The notes beneath the pieces are model-generated. The model was not told the origin of the DNA. It saw only the letters and a program-made list of their open reading frames with translations, and made no database searches. The translations under genes and the position numbers were made by a program. Below are positions 24,250 through 37,224 of a stretch of 64,000 nt of DNA, in pieces; position 1 is the first letter of the stretch, and each line of letters opens with the position of its first letter. Source of the stretch: Spizellomyces punctatus DAOM BR117 (taxonomy: Eukaryota); NCBI GenBank assembly GCA_000182565.2, contig KQ257460.1; one strand, 5' to 3'.

Positions 24250-25851
24250 TCACACACTGCCATTTTCCTCCTCAATCACTGGTATCTCCCTATCCCACAC
24301 AACACGCCTCCCTACATCCTCCCAAAACACGGCATCAGACTGCCATCCCTTCTCATCTATCTCCACCACAAACCCAGGAAACTTTTCTATCGCCCACGCA
24401 TGAGATGATGCTAGAGCTTTTAGAGGCTCTGCAGTGGGGTTCTCTGTGAGAAGGGTGTGGATGGCGGTTGCATGGAGCATGCCTTTGATGATATCATGCG
24501 GTGTAGCCGAGGGATGAAGGAGGAGGCAAGGGTTGGGCGTCGGTGTTAGAAGGTAGTTTTCAGCCTGGGTAAGATGATATTGAGGAAAACAAACACATGC
24601 AAGCAAGGTGTGAGTGGGTACAAACCTTCAACACACTCAAAACACCCTCTACCTCTCCAGCCTCTTTAAACGCGGTGTTAACCTCAACACCAATACGAAT
24701 CCTCGCAACGGGCACATCATTCTTAATCCATTCCCCAAACCATTTCTCATAAGGCCGTAACTCCTCAACACCGGATACACGCCCCTCTCGTACAAACTTC
24801 CAACACACCAATGCTAGCGTAGTCTGATTCAGCACTTCAAACCGCGCAGCCCGGAGAAGGGCGAGGGTTGTCGTGAAATGAAGTGGACCCAGAAGGAAAA
24901 ACGTGGTGAAGAGAAATGTGGGTGTGTGGGAGAAGGTGATGGCGCAAACGCCTATCAACATGCCCAAGAGATGGGCGACGGACATTTGGGAATCATCTTT
25001 GGCGACGAGGTCTCCGACGTTACCTTGCAGCGCAAAGTTGCGTGTGAATGTCATATGCGTTGCACCCTATAAAAGTGTGTGAGTTCCACCAGCAAGGTCA
25101 AGGCAAAAACACGAAGAGAAACAAACCCAAATCGAGTAATGAATCGACCTCAATGCATAGCCCACCCCCGCCAACCCCAAAAACCACCCACCAGGCGCAA
25201 TGGCCGTACAAAGCTGCAAAAACGCCCCTCCAAGTGATGACACCTCTCCAACCAGTTTCCACGTCTTGGGATGCGAATCAAAACTCCTCGAAAATCGTTG
25301 GATAAAAAACAGTTTTCCTATCTCGCCTATACCATCTTTGAGAACCCACTGTATCGCCACCGCGCCTGTTGTGGCGGCTGGAGAGCCGACGCCGATTGAG
25401 GAGAGCATCGCTTGGTTGCAGAGGACAGAGACCTGCAAAGGCAAAACTATGAATTAAAGAACCCAAGTGAATGCATGCACACAACACACACCGTGCTCCA
25501 AATCAACGTCTCCACAAACTGATAGACGTGTACTTTGGCGTAAACTGGATGCACACTCCCCGGGTACCCAACAGGTAAAAACATGGCCTTTATCCACCCC
25601 AACACTCCTCCTCGCCACACTCCCATCCTTGTGCCCGCATCCGCAGTCCATGCATACAAAAGCGGTTTAGAAGGATGCGATGGCTTGGTATAGACCCTCT
25701 CTCGACCATTAATGGATTCAGTCAAGAGTGGTTTGGATATACTTGTCGTGGACGGATGCCGGCGGATGAGAAAGGGGGCATGCCGGCGGATGTGGTGGCG
25801 AAGGTGGATCAGGGTGCGCCGGGATTGGAGTTGACAAAAGGTGGTTAACAT
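24250..25851 (-). CDS. RUS1 family protein (DUF647, C16orf58-like), 3 introns
   Basis: FLPVGYPGSVHPVY, AIQWVLKDGIG, DSHPKTWKL and NFALQGNVGDLVAKDDSQ. Confidence 0.88.
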
Positions 25852-27203
25852 TCTTATGAAAAAGGTGATGAATTGGACGGGAATCGAACTGCGAATCGAA
25901 AGTTGAAAATCATTTAATGCAGCTTTCATACTCCGATCAATTTCGGATGTGTCACCCGTTTTGTTAACAAAAAAATAAAATAAAAAAAAGATAATGGAGA
26001 CCGTCGAATAACTTTTTGTAAAATAAGGTTGAAATATAGACATCTGCGAAAGTTCGGTCAAGGGCATGCATGAATCTATTTGGGGGATACCAACTTGTAA
26101 CGAATATGTGTGTGAACAATAAGCACATTTTTATTTTCGGCCACCATGAGTCTGGTGGTTTGGGGTATATCCGCAAGGACCTCGAAAAAACGCTGTCAAA
26201 TATAGACTTGTCTGATCATAGAGAAGGAACATATACCATTGCACGCCAAAACAAGGAATCAGATGCCGATATCTGATCAAAAAGTAAAGTGCATCAGAAC
26301 AAAATCGGGCTATCATCGTCTCAAAGGCTTTCCACTATATCCTATTATGCCGCTTTTCAGTAACGAGTTTTTCATTAAATTCAGGTGAACAGGGTTTTCC
26401 CAATATTGCTCACTTAGGGAACCATATCGAAAAGATAAACCAAAAACGCCTCCATTGCTGGTGAGGCATCTCCTCCGTGCGTACAGGGATCTTGTATAAT
26501 AGACCTAGTTGCAAGGTTGGAACGCCATGGCCTAGCAGACTGCGACTACTGCATACCCACCATTTCCATCACTGTACGGATTGGGTTCTCGAAAAGCAAA
26601 ATGGTGTGTCTATGGGCGAGGATACATCACGCCAAATATGGAGCAGGTCCGCTTCCAACTTGGTTCATACAGGCCAGGTGCTGAAAATCTGATATTAGGG
26701 CAGAAAAAAACATTTATCTCTGGGCAAACCTTTAGATTCTTTTCTGGACTAGATACTAGCTGCTATCGTCATTATCGTCGAGATGGCGCTCACGCCGGAG
26801 GAGGGAACGATGAACAATATGCGGCGGCAGGTAATGATGACTATACGATATATCAACTAACCAACAACTTATCTATGATCATCCCACGGAGATCGAGACC
26901 AGACACAAAAGTCCAGGTGTCGAGACTGCCTGTGGTGAGGGCATGAGAACGCTTGAGTTGCAAAATTACATCTTGCTGAGACCTTGTGCGCTTGTGTATG
27001 CAGATGGAATGGGCAAGATGGGGATACTTTGGTGATAAGAGAAGCATACTCAGGGTTGCTAAACGTCTGTAGATCTTTTGCCAGTGTGATTCCACCAGCT
27101 TGTGAATTATGGGTATATTTGTAAACAGGTTCAGACCTTTACTTGGTATCCAACTTTTTCGGGTCTCTGATAATGCGAGCATGGACGGCACAACATCGCC
27201 CAG

Positions 27204-29646
27204 TCACTTCCCCCAAACCTTCCTGCTCACCTCCCTCCACGCTTCCATCTGTGTCACAATTCTCTCTTCACGACTCTTTGCAGCCGGAACATAAATACTG
27301 CCATCACTGGCGTACCTGCTAAACTCTGCTATTTCGCCGCGGCCATCGTACAGCTCAAACCAGGCTGCTCGGACCTGCGCAGTAGTGGAGAAGTTGCCAG
27401 GAGCTGAGGGAGATAGGAAGGACGTGGAATCGAGAACTGAAGCGGGGTGAGTCGAGTACGAGAACTTTTGATCTACGCGGTTAGGGAAAGGGGTGAAGGT
27501 GTATATGGGAGTGTTCTGTGCGCGAAGTTGGCTGAGCGGGGAAGATGGTTCACGGTTAGATATAAATCTCGTCTGAACACAAAGCAAACAAAGCCAAGAA
27601 AACTGGGCAGCAGCCGTGGAACTCACTTTGTGACAATAGCGCAAGTGGAAATACAATACCCGTCGGTGACAATCGCCAAATTAAAGTATTTTTCCTTTGG
27701 TGCAACGGAACGTATTTCTTCATTATTCCTTGGTAATAGAACCTCTCTCATATACATCTTCCTGCTCCGCGGAACAAATGTGCCGGGTGGGCGGTCCCTA
27801 GACGCAACGAATACTCTGTAAATATAAAAGTCGTATTATGGATGGAAGTATCTTTGTTTCGTTGCTCACCACGTAGGCATCCACATATCCGCCAAAGTCA
27901 TGTTCTTTCCATTCAAGTCGCTAAAAAAGTTTTTGTAAAAATACGACGATGAGTTGGTCGCTTCGCCGATCAATTTCAGCGTTGTCGGCGTTAATGGAAG
28001 ACCGCCTGACGGGGGAGCATATTCCGACGGGTTGAGAAAGAAAGTAAGGGCAGAACCGGAAAGAATCTTTCCGCCTCCGTTGCCACAAAAGTCCTGTATA
28101 CAGGTGGGAAATATTCGTTCTATGCATTAGTCTGGATGCCAGGAGAATGCAAGGCACATAACATAAAATGCTTTACCAGAATTAAGTTTTTCAAACTGTT
28201 GTTCTTGGCGAGGTTCAAGAGGTTTAGCCAATCGTCCCCCCATTTCAATATGTCATCTACGCTGCCATCAAACGTAGAGATATGGAGCCCCCAGGTTTGT
28301 TTATCCAATTGAACCGCAAGGGTAACAGGATTCACGACGCCCCTTGTGTTATCGGCAAGGAATTCTTGTACGGTGGGCAGCGAGAAGTTGAATTCTTCGT
28401 TACTTTCGTCACGAGCAGATAGACGAGGATGTGTAATGCCATGGCCATTTTTATGCTGGTGCGTAGAAGGTGGTTCGTAAGATGGGACCTCAACATGAGG
28501 AACGGGAGTTTTTGGATCGCAGAATTGGAGCCAGTAATCTGCACCGCTGGTAATTGCAGTTTCAGAGCCACATACAGCAAGCCACTAAAAGGAGAGATAA
28601 GAAAGGATGATAAAGAGGAATGTCAATACATTATACTTGATTTTCGTCAATGTGTCCGGTACTTAACTGGAACCTCTATTTCTTCCACTTTACCAGTTCT
28701 GGGGTCTTGCAGGGTGTATAGGGTGGAGGGAGACATTGGTGGGGCATCCATTCGAAAGATGAAGGTAGGCATATTAGGTGGACCGGTGTTGACTGCTTGA
28801 ATAAATCTTGCCTCAGCATCCTAACATATGGAAAAAATAAGTGAACTTTGTCCCCGACATACCAATCCCCCTCTAATCCTTCCGGTAAGTAAACTTTACT
28901 GACCCTCAATACGCCGCCTTCATTTTCGGCATACTTTCTCAAAGCATAAAAAGCGTCTGTTCCGTCAATTCTCAACACTCGCCAATCCTGATAACGCCTT
29001 CCAAACCGATCAAGATGCTCTTGGTAGGTGGAGGAGTTGTAAATAGTGAAGGGGGCAAGCCACCATGGCTCGGTGACAGTAAGCTTTTCGTCAGATGAAG
29101 GGATGAAGGCAAAAGGTTGGATAAAATAAAATGCTTGCTAGGTACGAGATATACACGATTCATATGAGAAATGGGAGTCGATGTGCAGGAACGGAAGCAA
29201 ATGCTTCAATGAGTACTTACAGTGTAGCATTGAGGTTTATAGAGGGTATGAGCATCATTCAACCTCCAAAACAAATTCTGAAGATCCATCTGGAAGGCAA
29301 AATCCGTGTCGTATTTCCTAGCTGCAATATCACGCAACCCTTTTCTCAAATCCACACCAGGCTGACCATAAAGAGCGCTTCCTTCCTTGGCCAAGTCAGT
29401 AAAAGCGTATATATCCAACCATTTCTCGAGCTTGGCCAAAGCGTCCTGCTTTATATCGGCGCGAAAAGGAAAGCTTTTGTAGCATGATAGGACGCGGGAG
29501 TAGGAGTAGATGGTGCTGGGAGAGAAGCTGCAAGCATCAGCTCTACGTGCTTTTGGGTTGATTGCTAAAGAGGTGTGGATGCAGGTAGATGCGAGGACGA
29601 TAAGGAATGGCCAAGCGGCACGCAGGACACCAGGGAAGACGGACAT
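27204..29646 (-). CDS. Secreted S41-family (tail-specific-protease-like) peptidase, fungal type, 6 introns
   Basis: Signal peptide, SCYKSFPF, LNDAHT, LIL|DFCGNGGG and the catalytic motif IVTDGYCISTC. A continuous spliced frame runs to the TGA at 27204. Confidence 0.82.
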
Positions 29647-30738
29647 GATGGAGTGAGCTCCAGGACGGGATGACCTATACACTCTTCTTACATCTTTTTA
29701 TACACATCAATTCTGCAGGTTAACTCAACCGCACAGCATGACGGAAAGATATCCGTGAATCGCTGTAAACGGCGGAAGTTTAGCGTTCGCGCCGGAAAAC
29801 CTAAAGCTCCGCCAAAAAATCGAGGCTGTGTACAACCGCAGGGGAGGCCATGTTCCCTGCACAGCGTACAGTCGATGCATCCCTGAATGTGCATCCAACC
29901 TGACAAATATGTAAGGTTTGCGACAAACACTTTTCAGTTAAGCGCCTGAACTTTTCTTCTTTTGTTGAATGCCCGACGTAAGCACGTCATATGGAAATTC
30001 ACGACGGAGCGCTCCGATCTTGCTGTCGCGTCGCCCGCCTAACCCACTGGTCACATGATTGCACTGCCACTGATCGGTCAGCAAAGCGGAAGATGTGGGA
30101 CTCCGATTCATGGTTTCGCTAGATGCGTTTCCCTCGTAAACGGGTAGTCTATAAACATTACACATAATTTTGTTCCATTATGGGAAATCCCAGAACATGT
30201 AGGACTATGCAAACGTCAGCGCGGGGTTGGCACGGTGTCATTCGATTAGTAGTGTGGTATTGCAGAGTACGTCTTCCCGCCGCGCAGGAGTGAATCCATG
30301 AAACATACTGGGCTGAGCACTCGATCGATGAGAGCTGCATGTTCTCCTCTCATGCGGGTAGTTAGTGTTACAGGAGAGTCGATACAGTCAGGCATGCGTG
30401 GTGTCCTTTGAGGAATCAGTGGTATACCAGAATAGTTCTCGTTCCAGGTAAAGTTAAACCTTCAGCCGCATTGTCTTACAGAAAAGAAGATCGGGCATCA
30501 GGAGACTCGTTCACCACAAACTTTGAAGAGTAGGTGAGTTTGAGAGCACAGTAATATGCTAATGTCAACCATAATCGGACGCGAATGCTGGCGGGGGCAA
30601 ATGTCAAAGATCACTTTCATCATGTGTCAATATTACTTATCAAAGCCAGCACAGAGAGTAAGATATCAGTCATCTACGTCCAGTATGCTACCTTCGATGA
30701 CGAGGGGATCGTCGTAGCAACATTAGCAATGCTGCTTA

Positions 30739-32135
30739 TCAATTCCATGCAGGATCTACTTGGAAAACCAATTGACGTTTGCCTCCCAAGTACTTTGGTA
30801 TAATCTCATCTCGTAGGTACGCCAATTCAATTTGCATCTTAGCAATGCAAATAGTCAGTTTTCATTTGACTGCAAAAAGAAGATGATCATTTGTGGATAC
30901 GTACATGGCGTCCGGGTATAGTTTCAAAGACCAACTTTTCGGCCTTGTCCATTTCTTTCAGACCAAGCCAGTCCTAAATCAGAAAGTAAAGCTTGGCACT
31001 CAGTGACGATACGATTAGTAGGTGAAAAGACAGTCACATACCTCTTTATACAACGGTTGATCTCTCAACGGGATAACAACGCCTTCCTCATTCCAGTATC
31101 CGAACCACTAGGCAAGCAAGTTTGAACAACACTGCCGAAAACGTCATCAAAAATGAACTGTACTGTACCGCACTCTGCTTTGGCACAACCATGTCATCAT
31201 CTTCAAACATTATCATTACAAATTTCTTGAGAGACTTTAGGTTTGTGGCATAGGTGGCATTTTTGTATTCTCTCTCGTTGTTGATATCAGGGAGAAAAAT
31301 GTTTTTCTCGAGGTATGTCTCATAGTTTTTGGCGTCCTTGTAGTATTGCGCCTGGACGACACGGGATTGGACCCACGAGAGGTACCTAGCATTCACCGAG
31401 TAAAGCGTCCGCTGCTAATCCGTTACAAGGACAGCACTCGCACTTACGCGCCCCGTAACAATAAGCTTCGTGCCAAGGAACAGCTGAGATCGTTCCTATC
31501 TCTGCAACCCGGCCATTCCGACACACCCCCATGTTGGGATCCAAACGTTACAAGATTGTGCATGGGTGGATCATTGCAGCGTTCGACGTATGCACGCAGG
31601 AATTGGCCACCTTGCGAGAATCCAATGGCGTTGAAACCGTCTTTGAGATTAGAGTGTGATTTTAATTGTTCGCAAACTTCTTGCACCTAGTCAAACTTGC
31701 AAATCAATACGGGATTGAGATAAGATGTCAAGACGATATCCATTACCTGCCGATTAACTTGATCGAAATAGGATGCTTTCCGATCGTCGTCATCCGAATT
31801 TCCAATCATGATAGAATGTACGTATACTCCGGGCAACTCTTCCTCCAACGTTTGTTTCACTTGGCCCATGCTGTCAGGATTACAGCAGCTATCTCCCATA
31901 CCATGCCACAGAACCACTGTGCCATGGAACAGAGTGGTCAGTGACAGCGTATCCAGAGACGGTCCTTAAGGGGCAAACCGCTCATCACACCTGGCGTTGG
32001 CTTGGAGTTGGCGCCTGCAAGACAAGGTTCGATTCACTTTGCTCATGTAGATATAAAATCGTTTGGCTTACTGTTTGCGTATGACAGTATGGATGCAACT
32101 CCAAGTAGGAGTTTGACGAGCGGCAGGCGAGCCAT
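30739..32135 (-). CDS. PPT1: Palmitoyl-protein thioesterase 1 (lysosomal/vacuolar), multi-exon
   Basis: Signal peptide, VLWHGMGDSCCNP, nucleophile GFSQGGQFLRAYVERC, GSQHGGV, VVQAQY, FLPDINNE and FEDDDMVVPKQSA. Confidence 0.92.
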
Positions 32136-33209
32136 TGTTGTCTAGCTTGTTGAGCGTGGGTCACTGTCTAAAGTCCTCTGGAACAAGGTAAGGCAGATGC
32201 CAGTGCATCAGTATCTATAGTGCCTCTGCATATATCCAGTATTATGCGCAGTACGCACCGATAAAATGTCAATAGTGAAATGAAATGGTGGAGAAAAGGC
32301 AAGTTGCCAAAAAGTGTGCGTATGTGTCATATCACGTAATGTCCGAACTCTTTTGTGCTGACATTTGCCGACTGCCCTTTTCTCGTTGATCGCCGCAAGC
32401 AGCAACCTCGACCAGAAACAAAGCACATGTCTTTGATGTGTCAAGAAAGAAGTTGGTTAAAACAATTGCGGGAGGGGCAAAGGCTTTTGGATTCCCTTCC
32501 CCCGCAAGTTGTTTCTGACACTTTGAGCTCGTGTGTGTTGGGCGCACGCTCTCCAAGTCCTTCTTGTCTGCTAATAAACGACCCACATGCCCTTTTGTCC
32601 CCAAGGGTTTCGTGTGCCTGCCGACCATCACCTGAGGATGTGACCCCCTCATCGATAAACGTGGTGGGGGGATGAAACTGCTTGTTTTGCCCCATTTCCA
32701 AATGATTTACCAAACCTCACAAGTACTTAGTTATGTTATTGCCGAGTAAAAACGAATATAACACTCTTATGCTGATCTCCCCCAAAACAAAGAAACCATT
32801 TACATAAAAAAAAAAAGAACTCGCCCGTTTCACACCTTTTTGGTCGGAGGGAGAGTGTCGCGTTCGCGTCGCGTTTGTTCTCCGCATGCGCACGGTTGAA
32901 CACTTGCAGCTGACCTTATTAAAAAAAAAAGTTTTGGAAATTTGGGCAACCGATCATGAGAACAAGTTGAACGGTTTTCGGCATGAAATCTCGCCCCCAA
33001 AGGCCCAACAAAAGCAAACTCTTTACTCTCCGCGATTGTTGGCGTAAAGGGTGTGGGCTTGCCGTGGTCAGCGGGTTCAACAGAAAAAATCGATTGAATG
33101 GAGCTTTTAAACAAGACTTGCTTTTTTTAATCGATCAACCCCCCGTCTCTGGTCTTGTTCAAAAAGCTTTCCTTTGTGGTGTGATTTTCAGACGTAAGTC
33201 GTCCGTCAA

Positions 33210-34574
33210 ATGGCAGCTGTCGCTGCCATATCTACCTTTGCCGCCTGTCAGACTGTGGGACATCCAGACAACCCGCATCCTACCTACAAGACACCCTTGC
33301 AGCAGCAGCAGCAGCAGGACTTGAAGAAGGAAACACCCTCCATGTCCAAGGAAAAGGACAGGAGCTTGCAGCTAAAGGAACGGCAAGCAAAAGTCTTGTG
33401 TAAGGCGTTGCAAGGGATACAGGACCAAGAGGATTGGTATACAGCCGATCGGCGGAGAAAGGCTGAGCACGCTCTTCCAGCTGTCGGCGGTGAAGCGTCT
33501 TGGAAGGCAGAGGGGGCACAGGCTGGGCAGTGCGATGCACCCAAGGAAACAGTTTTTGCAGCGGTCCCCGAAACCGAGACCATTGAATCGAAACAACAGC
33601 AGCAAACTCAGAGCACGGAAGCGCAAAGGGTGTCTCAAAACGTTGGCCAACGACCGAATGAGAACCACTGTCAAACGTCACATCGCAGTGGCGATAATGC
33701 AAAGCACCAAAAAGCAGATAGACAGCAGACGGTAGCGCCTACGGTAGCTCATCGGCAACAACCGGTATCTCCTCGATCCCAGCAAACTCTTCAGTGTCCT
33801 CGTCCCCAACGCCACGCACCGCAATCGCAGCAACGGCTATCACCCAACACAGCGCTTTTCCATCCTCAACCCCAACGACTCCAGCATCCGCAGAGAAATC
33901 ATCTGTACCCGTTTCTCCCCGCCAATCACCCGCAACAGACAATGCATCATTCACATCAGCATCAACCGCATTCACACCAGCATACACAATCCAATCTCAA
34001 TCATCACAATGCTCACCAGTCCATGCCCACAAATCGTCCACAATCAACACCGCCTACACCTCGCAAACCGCTGGTCACGATCGGCTTCAACCCAACTTAC
34101 ACCCACCCGACCACATCATCAAGTGCACCATCGCAAACCACCAGACTTCCTGGATATACAGACACTGAACCTCCTCCAGATCCCTACGATAGCGGGCTAG
34201 AAATGCCTAGAAAACAACAACCGGTTCATCGCCGCACGCCCTCTTCAACTCAACACAGTCAACCGCGAAAGCCAGCATCTGCACCCGCCCGCCCGCACCG
34301 TCTCGTCCCACGTCGGACTTTTCCCATGGCGTCATGGACGACGACTATTGACTATTATGCACGACGTAGCGACTCTCCATTTCAATGCGATCCAAGAGGA
34401 ACTGTGAATTTTGCAGATCCTCCTGAGAGGCGTTCTAGACAAGATCTCAGAGACGATATGGGCAAGAATGAACTCGATGGTCCTCCTGATCTTGAATCCT
34501 CGTTTGAAGAGTCTGATGAATCCGAGGAGGGGAGGCACAAAAAGTGGAAATGGTTTGGATGGGCATTTGGCTGA
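33210..34574 (+). CDS. Hypothetical low-complexity Q/H/P-rich protein, 454 aa, apparently intronless
   Basis: Long ATG-initiated ORF with disordered composition and a short aromatic C-terminus (KKWKWFGWAFG). No family recognised. Confidence 0.65.
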   Translation: MAAVAAISTFAACQTVGHPDNPHPTYKTPLQQQQQQDLKKETPSMSKEKDRSLQLKERQAKVLCKALQGIQDQEDWYTADRRRKAEHALPAVGGEASWKAEGAQAGQCDAPKETVFAAVPETETIESKQQQQTQSTEAQRVSQNVGQRPNENHCQTSHRSGDNAKHQKADRQQTVAPTVAHRQQPVSPRSQQTLQCPRPQRHAPQSQQRLSPNTALFHPQPQRLQHPQRNHLYPFLPANHPQQTMHHSHQHQPHSHQHTQSNLNHHNAHQSMPTNRPQSTPPTPRKPLVTIGFNPTYTHPTTSSSAPSQTTRLPGYTDTEPPPDPYDSGLEMPRKQQPVHRRTPSSTQHSQPRKPASAPARPHRLVPRRTFPMASWTTTIDYYARRSDSPFQCDPRGTVNFADPPERRSRQDLRDDMGKNELDGPPDLESSFEESDESEEGRHKKWKWFGWAFG

Positions 34575-35563
34575 TTGTTCAAGGTGGCCACCTTTTTTTT
34601 TCTTGTACAATACCTTGCAACTTTATTAATTTATATTATTGGTATGAGAGCTACATAAATATTGATTGGTTTTTAAATGGGCTGGCAATGGGCGTATCGC
34701 CTACCGTACTGTTCCACCAAAGGTAGAAACGCATCAAGATCGTTCGCACACGTGCATGCCTACATCGGCATTCAAAGCATGGGCCCATCTCATGGCTTTT
34801 GTACACTTTGGAAGCGGTCCTTGTGAAGTTGCATCTTTCCCTCATATCTGTAGAGGCAGGAAGGCAATAGCCGAATCTATTGAAAAAATCACAACTTGAT
34901 GCCCGAACATGTCCTCGAAATCACACTCGATTTGACATTTTCCAGTCCATTGTGATACCTTTTATGGCGAGATCCAATTATTGATGATACCTCCCTGGAT
35001 ACAAAGACAAACATGGTCTCCTTGGGCGGGTACAACCTTAAAACTCTAACAGCTGATGCGTTGACGCTAGACTTCAAAGTGGACAACTGACCAACTCTCC
35101 ATATATGAATCGTTCATGACGGCAAACCCATTTCAATATTTTTAAATACCATGAAAATAAGAATAAGAAAAACAAGTGTTGAAAAAAAGGACACAGCCTG
35201 AACTCGGTCATCTGACATAATCCGCTTACTTAACGCGCTATCCCCCAAATGACATCACGTCCGAATGGGTTTTTTGAAAAGGGGGCGCGCTTGATGATGG
35301 AAGGTTGCCATCATCACACCATTCCTTTGGAAATTGTTTATGTTGGTGGGATGGGATGGGATGGTGGAGGAGGGTATTTAAAAAGGAGCTTGAACTCCTT
35401 CCCCCCCATCCATTGTACTTTTGAGCTATCCTACTCTTGAATTACTATAAAACAGCGTTTTCTTTTTGACGGGCACATCTCTCGCCTAATCACACGAGTC
35501 CCGTTTATACATCAAATCTTGCACCATTGCAACCTGTCAAAAAGGTGAAAAGCAATCCGCGAC

Positions 35564-37224
35564 ATGGTGAACCAAAAACTTGCAGTAGCGCTATTGTTGT
35601 CTGGAGCGGCCATCGCTTCGTCTGATGCCTTCCGTTTGAGAGATGCTGGGTAAATATGCAGTCTTTGATGTCAGATTGTCATGCATGTCAATCTAACGCG
35701 GCAAATATTAGAATCGCCGTCTCGAATGCCATCCAAAACTTTGCAGTGATTCCCGGAGCTGCAGCCGAGAACGCAAAAGAAGAGGCATATCTTGCCGCAA
35801 AGGCCGCCGGTGATACCGCCAAGCATTCAGGAAGAGCTGCACGAGCCGCCGCTGGTGATATTCAAGACGCCATCTATGATACTGGTGCCTCGGCTGTCCA
35901 CGCTGTCGGAGATGCCGCCAAGGTTGTCAAAGACACGGCAGCAGGTGCGGCTGGGTATGCTGCTGGTACGGTCGAAGGTGCCTATGAGTACGCACGAGAT
36001 GCCGCCGGAAATGTAGTCGAAAAAACCAAGCGAGCTGCAGCCGATGCTATTGATACCACAAAGGAGAAGGCTGCCCAAGCCGCGGAGGCTGCCGAGGCAG
36101 TCATTGGCACAGCCAAAGTAAATGTAGAGGAGACCGTTGACGAAGCAAAAGCCAAAACAGAAAAAGGCTACGATAAGACCAAGCGTGCCGCATCGGAAGC
36201 ATACGACGCAACCAAGGAAAAGGCTGCACAAGTTCAGGACGCTGCGAAAGAAAAGGTAGACCAAGCCTATGAGGCGACCAAGGACAAGACTGCTCGCGGG
36301 TATGGGGCCGCAAAAGATACCGCTGTAGAGGCAGAAAACAAGGCATCGGGAGCATACGGTTCAGTGAAACAATCCGCTGAAGATGTGTACGATGCAACAA
36401 AGGAAAAAGCCGCCAACGTGTACGAATACGCCCGTGATAGTGCTCAACCTGTCGTGGACGCTATTGTCGGAACGGGTGCAGCAGCAGTTGGGACTGCCGC
36501 AGAACTTGGTAGCGAAGCAAAAGATGCAGTCGCCGGAGGTGCTGCCTACGTAGTTGACACAGCCAGAGAGGCTCGCGATTCGGTGGTACGTAACGCCCAA
36601 CATGCTGCGAACGTCGCCCAGGAAAAGGGTCAAGAAGCCGTCAATGCTGCCAGTCAAGCCGGTCGTCGTGCTTACGAGGCTGCAGAGGAGATACCCGTGA
36701 AAATAACTCGCTCTCGTCCCGCCCGCCAAGCCAGACAAGCAGCCGATGATGTGAATGCCCGAGTACAAGATGCCAAAGCTCGTGTTAACAGCGCCGCGGA
36801 AGGAGTTGCAAACACGGCTGGTGAAACCGCTCAAAACGTCAAAGCTCGCGCTTACGAAGCCAAGAACGCCGCTCAACGCCGTGCAGAGGAAGCAACCAAC
36901 TACGTCCAAGATAAAGCCAAGGACGCTTCTCAGTATGTAAAGGATGAACGTGACGGAGCCATTGCTAAAGCCAAGGGAGCCGCTGAGCAAGCCCGTGGAT
37001 GGGCAGAGAGCGGTCAACGACGTCGCGCCGTCGAGGAAGCCAAACTCGCTGGTGAAAAGGCTCAGGAGAGTGCTGAACATCTTGGTGAGGCTGCCAAGGA
37101 AGCGGTTGGTGCTGGAGAGGGAGCTCCATCCACTTATGAGAGACTCAAGGTGTTTTTGGATGAGAATGTTGCAAAGCCAGTGCGAAGAATGAGTGGGGCT
37201 GGGATTGGTGGGAATGATTTATAA
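35564..37224 (+). CDS. LEA-like (group 3 type) hydrophilin with signal peptide, 1 intron
   Basis: Exon 1 MVNQKLAVALLLSGAAIASSDAFRLRDAG joins an A/K/E/D-rich run of about 11-mer repeats (AYDATKEKAAQ, VYDATKEKAAN). Ends GNDL*. Confidence 0.82.

Noticed and set aside
27798..27872. Apparent in-frame TGA created by splicing (TG|A) in the S41 peptidase, suggesting a pseudogene or selenocysteine
   Set aside because: A downstream acceptor (gcgtctag|g at 27798) with the same GTGAGC donor yields TGG and an intact frame (MPTWDRPP).
35827..37080. Long antisense ORFs over the LEA gene (and similar ones over MCM1 polyQ and the kinesin tail)
   Set aside because: Expected from low-complexity coding sequence, with no independent motifs.
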